Positions 34,649 to 46,800 of a DNA stretch of 64,000 nucleotides are shown in pieces. The stretch lies in assembly GCF_964188315.1 (NCBI RefSeq), contig NC_135659.1, positions 50,902,001-50,966,000 of the forward strand, written 5' to 3'. Origin of the DNA: Podarcis muralis. Taxonomy: Eukaryota. The notes beneath the pieces are model-generated. The model saw only the letters and a program-made list of their open reading frames with translations. It searched no databases and had not been told where the DNA came from. Both the position numbers and the translations under genes were made by a program. Positions within the stretch are counted from its first letter, which is position 1. The number at the start of each line of letters is the position of its first letter.

Positions 34649-34797
34649 CAATGTTTTTTTCTGGGGGGACGTAGGGGTACACATACCCCCAAACATTTTG
34701 TGAATCTAAGTTTGGCCTCACTGAGGGGCAGTATTTCAAAATGAGTATGAGAATGTGAGTATCCCTAAACTTTTTTTAAAGAAAAAATAAAGCACTG
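34649..34797. mobile_element. hAT MITE
   Basis: CAATGTTTTTTT / AATAAAGCACTG ends. 8-bp TSD GGTGTAAC at 34641 and 34798. Confidence 0.85.
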
Positions 34798-35149
34798 GGT
34801 GTAACTATTCAGACAAGGAAATGTTGTTTTCTTTACTGGGTTATATGGAACAAATAGGTTGCAATCAGCAAATCTGAAAGAAACTGAAGCTATCAGAGGC
34901 AGGCATTTAGGCTTTTAGTCCCGGTCTCCTCATGCCCTTGAATGCACATTTCTCCCGTGTAAATGAATTGCTGCAAATGGAGTCAGGCAGGAGTAAAGAT
35001 ACCATTTGGCATTGTTTGTTATTGATACCACTGACAATCCTGGTAATAGCTTTCGCCACATTCCTTATCTAATTATGAACATCTTTCTAGCTTTGACTGA
35101 GATTAGGCAATCCTGGGATTCTGCCCTTTTATCATACTCTGGTTGCAGC

Positions 35150-35470
35150 ATGACCAGGCAAGTCCACCCCAACTGTCGTAGATAATACAGTATACCCAAA
35201 ACTTTCTTCAGTAAAGTTTTCTGCCAGTTTGTAATGGAAGCGATTTAATTCTACCAAAGCCTTTCCGAAAGAGGGGGAATACAGAGCAATCGCACCCACG
35301 TGAGCTGGAAAATGTTGAAAAGTGAGGAGTATACGGTTACATATCAAACCCGGAAACGGAAACGTTGAAGTTGGAGGCCGGGGGAGTTGTCGGTGTACAG
35401 TATTTTGAACTGCGGTGAGGGAAGGGAGCGCTCGAGGACGCGGCGCGCGGCAAACTGGTTGTGAGTTTCC
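35150..35470 (+). promoter_or_regulatory. AKR1A1: AKR1A1 CpG promoter and non-coding exon 1
   Basis: CpG cluster with CCGGAA (ETS-like), CACGTG, ARE-like ATGACCAGGCA at 35150-35160, and candidate donors GCG|GTGAGG (35415) and GTT|GTGAGT (35461). It is the nearest CpG island upstream of the first coding exon. Confidence 0.6.
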
Positions 35471-37144
35471 CGTGGTTAGCTAATCTCTTGCTTTGCCTGA
35501 CTTGATTGGCGTCAGTCAGATTCGTGTATAATCAGGAGGTGGGGTAGAAAATAGAGGAATCGCTCCTGTCCCGGAGGCTCTGCTTTTTTATTTTGATTCC
35601 CCTCCCCTTTTGGTGGGCTAGCTAGGGGATGGAAAAATTGTTAAAAGAAAGAGGGAGGGGGGAAAACAACAACAGCATGTACCACTAACGTGCATTAAGC
35701 GCAACGTGGTATTATGCGTGGCGAGTGAAACTACACGTGTTTGCCTTGAAGTGAGTTCCACATGGTCTTCTTTCCAACTAAGTGTTCATAGGAGTTACGT
35801 ATACAGCATTTGTTTGGAAATAAGTTCCATTGAAAGCTGTGGGTCCTCCCCGCCCCCCGTGAAGGTGTAGAAACTGCATTAAGAACTATGGCAGGCGATG
35901 CATGTATTCACACCAGTACAACCGTGTCTGTAGTGTACTTTGCAGCGACTACGTATCAAAATCCAGTTGTTTCCACACTTAACAGATATTTAATTATGGG
36001 TGCTGTAACCACTCTTCCTGGAGATTACTGCCACTGAGCACGCACCACCCCGGAGTAGCTTAGTTTACCCCTTGGCATTCCTGTTTAGAAATCCTTGGTA
36101 ATGTCTGCCAGTAATGTATGCATGGGCAAACCATATATTTTTTGGAGAAAGAGAAAAGGTTAAACTACTAATGTTTGTGGGTTGAGTGCATTCCCTTTTT
36201 AATTTTGAAATGGAGGTACAGTAACATATTTGGGGGATTCTCTACCAAAATGCAGGGAGTCTACATTTTGTATCACATGCCTCTGGGCAAAACTCTGCTC
36301 TCTTGCAAGCACCCACCCACTCCCCATGCATTTCTGTTGCGAGTGGTTGCAATAAACCTTGAGGCAAATGACAAGCATCCAGTAGCTAGGAGTGTGGTGT
36401 AACAATTGGCACTATGGCAAGTGGAGGCGCTAAGGGATTCCCTGAAGATTTGCTTGAGCAAGTTCTCTTAATTATTTTGCTGTCTCAATTATTCAGACTG
36501 CCTCAATTTGTACTTGGTTCAATTATATTTAAACTGAAAAAACTAAATTGCTCTGGTTGATCATATTCACAATTTAACCTGATTCAGAAACCATTTAACA
36601 GAGTGTTTAAAGAAAAAGTTTTGTAGGTTTTATCCTAAACATAAATTTGTCTAGAGGCAAGCTAACTAAAACCAGAGGGCATTTTTTTTCTGGGATTAGT
36701 GTGTAAACTAATTAGACTTGTAGTTTTCTCCTGCGTATGTAATGATCAGTAGAAATTGGGTGTGCATAGGATTGTTGCTCAGAGTACAAATATGCTGATA
36801 GTTGAGTTTTGGGGTGGGGAGGCAACAGCACCCCCAGGACCCCTATTCCCCTTGCTTGCAGGACAGAGCTGTGTGCAATCTCACGGAATGTATTTTCCCG
36901 AATGTCTTTTCCCTAACCCCAAACTAGACTGTAGCTCATATTTTTAGAAGATACTGACACATCAATAATATTGTGTGAATCAACTATTACGTGTAATGCT
37001 GTCAGCTGGTAATTTTGTTTTGGACAGCTTCTGTACTGTTCCTGCCCCTGCCGCCCAAAGTCCTGTGTGCCCTTTGCCCAAGTCTGCTCAGCAGTGATTT
37101 AAAGTCAACGCTTCTAAATCCACTATTATATCTGCTGGACTGTA

Positions 37145-37370
37145 CAGTGGTAGCTCGGGTTAAGTACTTAATTCGTTCCGGAGGTCCGTTCTTAACCTGA
37201 AACTGTTCTTAACCTGAAGCACCACTTTAGCTAATGGGGCCTCCTGCTGCCGCTGCGCTGCTGGAGCACGATATCTGTTCTCATCCTGAAGCAAAGTTCT
37301 TAACCCGAAGTACTATTTCTGGGTTAGCGGAGTCTGTAACCTGAAGCATATGTAACCCAAGGTACCACTG
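37145..37370. mobile_element. Tigger-like MITE, copy 3
   Basis: TIRs CAGTGGTA(G/C)CT and TA flanks. Same family as 3426 and 23197. Confidence 0.9.
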
Positions 37371-39075
37371 TATTTGCTTTCCAAAGCAAACAATTTGAAC
37401 CAGTGTGGCCTCATGGCTGGTGGTGGGTTAAACTAGCTCCTAGGAACCCTGAACTTAGTTCCTAACTTACACTGGACTAGCTTTATGGTGTTGGATAAGT
37501 CACTATCAGCCTCTGTTTCTATTTTACAGATAGAGAGTAACCCAGAACCATCTTGGTAATATGATAGACTTTGTAAACCATGCACTGTAAAGGATAATAA
37601 CTTTAGGAGAGATGTCTGGACCAAATCATAAATGAAAAAATTCATATAACTTGTCTTCAAAACAGAATCAATTATAGCCTTTGCTGTTTTAATTCTGCAA
37701 TCTATGCACTATAGCTGCAGTTGGAACTGGGTTTATTTGCCTCTGTGTCAGGTGAAATAGGATGAAACTGCTGGCATCTACTGATCAAGTTACTGATTAT
37801 ATATTATAACTTGCCCTGGGTTAAAGTTTAGATTGATGTTTATCTTATCTAAAGTGCAGAGCTGGAATGAATAGTATACATACTGTGCATATATAACTTT
37901 ATTTGTATGCCACATTTCCACAGTTTTTAAACTATGCTCAAGGCAGCTTACAACATGAAAAAAATACAGAACTGCAAAATAACACAAGAAGTAATAAACA
38001 ATAAATAAAATATTCAAAAAATATACAACCATATGGAATAATTTCCACATAAATCACAAGATCTAAAATAAAAACACAAAAGAACCGGCAACAACAGCAA
38101 CATGACCCCCCTCCAAAAAAACCAGTACCCCAGCCCAAGAGTCTGCTCATCAGCCTCTGCTAGTATACTGAATTGCACAAATCAAATCATATAGGTGCTA
38201 ATTACGCTTTGTCAAATGAGATTCTTGGACATTTTTAAAATAACAACATGTACTTTTCTTTGCTGGTTGTCCTCTTAAAGGCTTCCGTGTCATATTTTCA
38301 CAGGACAATGAATCAGTGTAACCAAGTGGTTAATGTGCTAGCTTTGTACATGAGTTTGAATCCTAGCATGTTTTTTTCAAGGACCTCCCCAGGAATAATG
38401 ATGAGGCTGAGGCTGCAAGTCATAATCACTTGGGAGTAAATGCCATTGAATTCAATTGGACTTTACTTCTGAGTAATCATGTATAGGGTTGCACTGCAAA
38501 CCTGTGCATGCTTCCTTGGGAAAAGAGCTTATTAAACTGAATGGGACTTGCTTATGATTATGTATAGGATTGTCTTCCACACACACATATATATATTTGT
38601 CCCTTCCAACTCTATGATTCTATTCTATGATTTTAAAGACAGGGAAGCTATGAATATACATGTGTTGTGAATATATAGTGTGGATAAGAGTTTTAAAGAG
38701 GGAGACTCGTTCTGCACACCAAGCCATTGTTTGCATGTAGGCCCTGTAACTTAAGCTCGTTTTCCTCATTGGCAGTATCCAATAGGCATTTATGATTATT
38801 TTATTAGAAATTTAATAGTAGAAGTAGAAATGTAATTTTCATCCTGCTTTAATTGTCTAATGGAGCTGGTGCTTAAATGGAGGAAGCAGTTTCATGGGAC
38901 ACTGCTATACAGCTGATCTCAGCAAAAGCTGAGGAAGTTGACGGAGACTGGAATCTCTTGAAACATAATTTCCTTTTACAATTCAGCCAGCAAAGCAGCT
39001 TTTAGCACATTGTAGGATGTTCCTCTTTGATAAACAAAATACTTTTCAATCAGCACATACAGTACAGTAAGTCAA

Positions 39076-39470
39076 GGGACGTGGGTGGCGCTGTGGTCTA
39101 AACCACTGAGCCTCTTGGGCTTGCTGATCGGAAGGTTGGTGGTTCGAATTCATGTGATGGGGTGAGCTCCCAATGCTCTGTCCCAGCTTCTGCCAACCTA
39201 GCAGTTCAAAAGCACACCAGTGCAAGTAGATAAATAGGCAAATAGATAAATACCTTCCCCTGCAGCGGGAAGGTAAATGGTGTTTCCATGCGCTCTGGCT
39301 TCCGTTACGGTGTCCTATTGCGACAAAGCGGTTTAGTAATGCTGGCCACATGATCTGGAAAACTGTCTGTGGACAAATGCCAGCTCCATCGGCCAGAAAA
39401 GTGAGATGAGTGCCACACCCCATAGTTGCCTTTGACTGGACTTAACCGTTCAGGGGTCCTATACCTTTAC
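39076..39470 (+). mobile_element. Sauria SINE (subfamily type 1)
   Basis: GGGACGTGGGTGGCGCTGTGGTCTAAACCACTGAGCC head. Closely resembles 4859-5236. Confidence 0.88.
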
Positions 39471-39474
39471 GTAA

Positions 39475-39845
39475 GGGACGCAGGTGGCGCTGTGGATAAA
39501 ACCTCAGTGCCTAGGACTTGCTGATCATAAGGTCGGCAGTTCGAATCCCCGCGGCGGGGTGAGCTCCCGTCGTTTGGTCCCAGCTCCTGCCCACCTAGCA
39601 GTTCGAAAGCACCCTTAAGTGCAAGTAGATAAATAGGTACCGCTTTATAGCGGGAAGGTAACGGCGTTTCCGTGTGCGGCGCTGGTGCTGGCTCGCCAGC
39701 TGCAGCTTCGTCATGCTGGCCATGTGACCTGGAAGTGTCTTCGGACGGCGACGGCTCCCGGCCTCTTAAGCACGCAACCCTAGAGTCAGTCACGACTGGC
39801 CCGTACGGGCAGGGGTACCTTTACCTTACCTTTACCTTACCTTTA
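39475..39845 (+). mobile_element. Sauria SINE (subfamily type 2), head-to-tail after the previous SINE
   Basis: Closely resembles 5251-5617. (ACCTT/ACCTTT)n tail. Confidence 0.9.
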
Positions 39846-40869
39846 TCTTAAACTAATCCAACAAAGAGTCGAGCAGAATGCCTTTTAATTACTTTCAGTT
39901 CCATGCACATGCAGCTGAATTCAGTGAAACCTGCATCTGAATAAAAATCCATTGAATCTGCAACTTTCAGGCAATGGGTGTGAAGGAAACAGGGAAGGGG
40001 TTAGTTAATGGTGGTATATTGTGTAAGTTTTGGACAGCGAACAGAAAGTTGAGAATGAAAACCTGATATTGCTCTGTAGATCTGCTTGTTATGAAACAGG
40101 CTCTGACCGTGGCTTTGGGACAGACCAAGAGACCTTGCCTTTATATGCTTCTCTAAGTTTGTCAGAAGATAAACTGATATCTTGTTCTGATAACAAGCGA
40201 GCATCAGGCTACAGGTACAGACCTGCCAGCCAGCTTATGCACAGATTTATTCATTGAAGTGCATAGACTTACGATATCTTCAAGTTACGGTACATCCTAA
40301 GGTACATGGCAGGAGAAGGAGAGGGTATGAGCTTGGGGAATACTATGCCTAAATCCTTGTGGTCAGTCATTTCTAAACTCAGACTTGCAGCATCCATGCT
40401 TCACTTTTTGGAATAAAGCAAGCTCTTCTAATTTATAAAGAATAACTTGAGCTGCACCTCTTATTTAAGGAAAGCCTGTCTTTACAGTACTAGCAGCAAA
40501 GGCACAACTCTCCCACCCTGCAGGTTACGTCTACAGTGATTCCTCTTAATATGCTGTTGGTTTAATACAGGTATTGTCCAAATATGGATTTTTATTTTGT
40601 GTGTGGGTGTAGATGTTTTTAAATAGTTGTAAGCCACTGTGAACATTGTGCCTGCCATGGAAGGGCAGGATTTAAATTTTCTACATTAATAAAATGGATA
40701 AAATGTAATATAATTCATCCTATTATATATTTACACTTTACATTCCACTCTGTCAGTTTCAGCTTAAATAAGAATAATAAGTCTACCACACATTCTGTTC
40801 TGTGTAGCAAAACAAATTGGTATAGCGTCCTAGTTAATATTTTTATTATTGCATTTATTTTAGGTAAAG

Positions 40870-43800
40870 ATGTCTTCCGAGGCCAACTATGCTTTGCTTC
40901 ATACTGGGCAAAAGCTGCCTCTTGTTGGATTGGGTACTTGGAAGAGTGACGCTGGACAGGTAAGCCGTGAATTTAGTGTTTGAGAGAGGGGAATTCTAGA
41001 ACTCTATGCTAAAACCATTCAGATTCTTATTCTTTTTCTTTTAATCTGTGGCTGCATAGAAAGGTGAGGTTGCATGACCAGGAGCTACTGTATGTACTCT
41101 GTGCATATAGAACATTTTTCAGTTTCTTAATTGTGATTAAATGACTGGGAGTTTTCCTCAGACACATGCATGTTGTGTTAGGAGCAAGGTGTAATAGAGA
41201 AGAGCACAATTACTTTTCTGGCATTTAAGCATGATACTGAATGTGTTCATCCAAGAGCAGCAGCCATGAAGAATGGAGATTGTGCATGGATAGCATTAAC
41301 CTACTTGTTGCACCTCCTCCTTCTCTCTTCATTTGCCTTCCTCTTTTTGATATGAAAGTACAAATGGATATTGAACTGAAATGGCTATCCTGAATGTAGA
41401 TACAGCAATGCAGAGTCAGTTCATGTTCTGATTTAGCTGGACAGGGGCAGAGATGTTGGTTGGGTTTGGCGTAGTGTCCACTTGAATCTGAGTCCATGTG
41501 CAATAGTGGCATGACTTAGTGATTCACTTTCATCTAGCAGTGAGAGACATGCTGCTGAGGTTCACTACAGAAGAGTCCAGAAGTCAAATTCTACCTCAGC
41601 CACAGACCTGCAGAGTGTTTCTGGAAATTGTAGCTCTGTGGGAGGTAAATTACAGTTCCCAGAATTCTCTGGGGGAAGCCATGTGGTATGAATGTGACCT
41701 TAATTCACATCTTTGCTTGTCCATTTGAACATAGGTTGGAACAGTCTCTGCCTCTGAATTCTCTTGCACCATCTTTTATTCAATACCTCTGTACTGATTG
41801 ATTTTGCACATTCCAAAAGCAAGATAAAGAAGGAGGAAGAACACCCGCTTTGCATAAATTTTATAGGTCCTATTAAACATCCAGTCTCCACTTCACTGAA
41901 GTTCCATTTGCTGGCTCTGCTTTTTCAGTGCAGTTATAGATTCTTACAACTTAGTGGGGTCCAAAATTACTTTTGAAGGGAGGCCAGTCATGTTACTAGT
42001 TGCAATTAATTTAGTCTCTTTTTCAGTCTGTTTGTCTCACTCTCTGTCTGACCCAGTTCTCTGTCTGACCCAGTTCTCTGTATTTTGTGTTCTCATTTTG
42101 TACATTTTTGTTGTGAACCACCCTGTGATCTTCAGATGACGGGCAGTATACACATTTAATTAATAATGATAATGATAATAATATCTTCAGGCACTGATAA
42201 TGGAGGTGACATTTTTGCATAATGTGTTTTTAAATGTTTAAAATCTAAATAATGATTTATTGATAATAATATTCAGTTGGAAGCCGCCCAGAGTGGCTGG
42301 GGAAACCCAGCCAGATGGGCGGGGTATAAATAATAAATTATTATTATTATTGATAATTGCTGGCAGCCAAAACTGGTTCTCCTGCTCTTAATCCCATTGC
42401 AACTGCAATGCTTATTAGGTGGAGACAGAACAACCAATTTAAATAACATGTTTTAAAGCTTTATTTGTCTTTATTTTACTTTGTAAAATGAAATGTATAT
42501 ACAACTTGATTGTTAAACAAAATGAAAACCTCAAAGCAATTTACAAAGTTTTAAAGGCATCTGCAAGTTTCATCTTCGGTAGAATTGCTCTCATTTGGTA
42601 GTGTGCCACATTTAATTTTTCTATAGTGATGACAACGCCTTGTGTAACCTGAAGTGTGTTGCAAGAATTTAATAAGCTGAACTTCCATTCACAGTGTATT
42701 TATAGCAATGTCTCCACTTTCTGAATAGTAATGGTGACCATAAAATGAATCATGCCAAGGCTAGAGGAAAGAAAAATCTTGCAGCTGGTGTTAAAGTGAG
42801 GGAAACAGAATTATTTTATCATTGTGACTAAGGGAAACTGATTTCTAATTAATGTGGCTTTTTAGAACATCAGAGCGTTTGTGACACACTTTATCCATTG
42901 CCCAGGCTTCCAATAAGCAAAAGGAAATTAAATCTAAGAGGCATCAGAGGCTCTGATCTTTTTCTTTTTAAAAAACCCCCAACAAAAACCTAAAACCAAA
43001 GGCTATTATCATCCTTTTGTGAATATTGTTTCATCTCCTTTCAAACAAAAAATGCAGGAGCTTTATCAGATGAAACATCATCTAGGCATATTATTTATTC
43101 TATTATTGCCATGGAAACCTTTGCTAAATGTTGTTTGTTCTTCTCATTGGAGAACTGGATAAAAACATTGCTTAAAAAAATAAAATAGGCATAGTTCCGG
43201 TGGGCGGAGGACATGGAGAGAATGAGAGAAAATGTATTGACCTTGCTGAGAATCACTTACATACACATTATCTCTTTGTGGATGTGCAACCAGACAATGG
43301 GACTTGTGGTAGTATGTGTATGGTGTTCACTGTTAAATGATGTCAGTGCTCAAGGTGGCATACATGATTCTTCCCTCCTCATTTATTCCCCACAACACAG
43401 TAAGGTAGGTTAGGCAAAGAAGTTGTGACTGACTGGCTCAGGGTCACCCAGTAAAGCTTCATGGCCAAGTGAAGACTTGAACCCTGGTCTCCCAGGTTCT
43501 AGTCTGACATTCTAACCACCTTAGCATAAATCACCTTAAAGTGTAAAGGGAAAAGGATAAAAAAGTGCAAATCTCTCATTTTATAAAATTATGAAACTTT
43601 CTCCAAGATGTATAGGCCTTTTGTCATAAGTTCTTGTAGATTTGGAATGGCACTGTCGGCTAAAATGAAGCAGATGTCTCCACATTCTTATTCAACAATC
43701 TCCCTATTTTTCTTACAGGTGAAGGAGGCAGTCAAATATGCCCTTAGTGCTGGCTATCACCACATTGACTGTGCTCCGGCTTACAGCAATGAAGGAGAGA

Positions 43801-46800
43801 TAGGTGATGCTCTCCAAGAGATGGTTGGAAATGACAAGGTAAAAAAAAAGGAGCGAGAATATTGCTGCTGCAAAAAGGCTGGGTGGGTGGAAGTTTCATG
43901 TTTATTTCAGATTGGCTCTGCTTACAAAGTGTAATTACATCTCCATATAAACCTACCAAGATGGCAATCAGCTATTGTTCCTGCTGCCTGCTGTGTGTTA
44001 GTGGGCTCTGTTGCTTTGACATTCTGCCTATCCCTTTGCTAAATGTCCTTTTGCTGCAAAAAAAATTCACAGGGCACATTAAAATATGTCTGTGTTGTTC
44101 TGTTGACTCTGGAAATGAACCTTCCTTAGCATAATAGCACAGAAGGCACACACAAAAATCTAATCAAGGGATGAGAAACTTCTTGAGCACTGAAAAGATT
44201 CCCTTCCCCGTTCTTTCTAAAAGGCCATTAAGCGGGAAGAGCTGTTTGTGACTTCCAAGTTATGGAACACCAAGCACCACCCAGAAGATGTGGAGCCAGC
44301 TCTAAAGAAGACCCTGGAAGATCTAAAACTGGAGTACCTGGACCTCTACCTCATGCACTGGCCACACGCCTTCGAGTGAGTGTCCGTAGGAAGGAAATGT
44401 GGAACATGAAACCACAGCAGCGCTTAGAGGGTATGGGAGGGTCAGATATCTTTCACCATCTGCACAGATAGGAATCTGTTGTCACAGAATGATGAGCCAG
44501 CCCTGTTGCCCCTTCTGTTCCTCAGGTTTACAGCAAACACCGTTCATTTTGTTTGCCTTCACTGTTGAGGGTTTGAGATTCTTCTTTCTTTTACAAAAGG
44601 AAAAGAAGGGAGGAAACAAAAGCCTAATGAATGAAAATGAATTCTTAAGAGGCCTATGGAAAAGAAACCTGTGGTCCTTCAGTTGTTGCTAGATGCTAAC
44701 TCCCATCAACCCCAACCAACTAGTGAGGGATTGTGAGAACTGTAGTCCAACCACAACTGGAGGACCATAGGTGCCCCACCCTGTTCTGTGCCAGCTTCTA
44801 GATTCTGTGCTGTTATAACCAAAGCTGTGGATTTATAGGAGTTACTTTTCCAAGGCCTAAGATGGTCAGTCATAACTCAATTTATACAGCCATAAATTTA
44901 TATGGGTTGGTTTGTAGTTAACAATTAGTTAACAATTAATATCATATCAACTACTTGACCACATTGTAAGTGGGAAAGGAGAAGAGTTTGTTCTGGATCT
45001 GGGTCACATGACATGGGATTTTAGCAGTGCTTCTACTGAGTTGAACTTAAATAGACTTAAGATTGTGCTAGTTATCTGTTTGCTTTGCACATTTTTTATA
45101 ATAGGCGGGGGGACAACCTCTTCCCCAAGAATCCTGATGGCACAATGCGCTATGACTACATTGACTACAAAGAAACTTGGAAGGCGATGGAGAAGCTAGT
45201 GGAAAAGGGTCTGGTGAAAGCCATTGGGTTATCAAACTTCAATAGCCGTCAGATTGATGATATCCTTGGCATAGCTTCTGTAAAGCCAGCTGTGCTACAG
45301 GTAAGGCAGATGCAGAAAAAGAGGGAGCAGGTTACTTTCTGAGATGGTTTTCTTGGCAGGCGAGAGAAGGTGGGCCATAAGGATGGATGCTTCTGTTCCT
45401 GTTGGGTGTGGGGTGGCTGTGCCATGGAACTGCCCCTGCAGAATGGAACGTTCTGTACAAAAAAGTCCGCTTGACTCTTCTAAGAAAGGTTCAAGTAGTT
45501 GGGACTTGCAGTTTTTAGTTAAAGCGTCTGTTTACTTTTAAGGGTTTGTTTCCTTTTAATATGAGAAATGTGATCAAAATAGCCCAGCTTTCCCACTCTT
45601 ACGTTATCAAGATTTCTCTTTCCTTTGGTGGTTTTGTTTTTAGCTTTGCCCATGCTGTTTGAGGCTGTTATTTTGAAGAAGCAGTACTAGAGTAGGGTCT
45701 TGACTCTTTCTCCTCACTCCATTTCCCTGATTTAAATTGGGCCCCCAACATATTGTTTGCTCCTTGGCAGAAAGTGAGGAGTGGAGGGAGAAGTGATGCA
45801 TTTATAGTGAATCTCTTGACAAAAAGATGTGATGATTTGAGTGAATGGGTACTTCAGACTCACTTGAGCCATTAATTATCTTTAAACTTATTTTTCATAG
45901 CATACTGTTGGTTCTGGTACCCAGTTTGAGAATTAACTGTGATAGATCCTGGTGAAGTGCTATCAGCGATTTGCTAAAACATGTGATCAATAAGCAGAAT
46001 TCTTATGGCAAAGGAAAGGGTGGTGTAGTCCTGCAGACTCTGAGTGGCTTGCATGATCCTCTGCAACAGAGACATTTGTTTAAAAAAACCCTCTCTTAAT
46101 AATGTTCTCCTTTCAACATTGATTTCAGCATGACACAACCGGTCTCACAGCATTCCTTACAGTATTTGCAAACGAGAGTCTGGTAATAGAAGGCATTTTG
46201 TAAAGCAATAGGGATCCTTAAGATCAGGTGTCTTGAGAAGGAAGGGAAGCCAAAACTTGATTGTTTCAGAAAATATATACTTTTTTTATACAAAAATTCT
46301 ATAATGGCATAAATGGTTTTACAAAGCTGTTATGCCTGGAGAGTGCGTTATCTGCATGTTGTCTTAAAATAAGCAGGACTGCTGCAGAATAAACAGGTTG
46401 CAGATTGTAGCTAGTATGTGTAGTAAAGGAAATGTTATCAGCCCCTGCAGGGTGGAGATAAAGAAATGGTCAGTGACTTGGGTTATTCTACTCCCAGTTA
46501 ATCCAGCCCCAACCGTGATCAATCTTGCACTTCTGCTTTAGAATGTTTATGCCACAAGTGGGAGGGTTTCCTCTAAGAGCAGAAATTATGTGGCTTGTGA
46601 ATGCCATACTGCCGTTTCTGCCCATATATGAATTGACCTGCATCTGCCTTTCCTGCTTCTGAAGTGCAGGTGGGTGTCCCCCCCTTTTTTGCAGTCTTCT
46701 CATTACTATATACTGCTTTTTTAAATAGGTGGAATGTCACCCTTACCTTGCCCAGAATGAACTGATAGCTCACTGCCATCAGAAAGGGCTGGTGGTAACT

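Noticed and set aside
35132-35347. 71-aa minus-strand ORF divergent from AKR1A1
   Set aside because: Non-ATG start, no recognisable homology, overlaps promoter elements.
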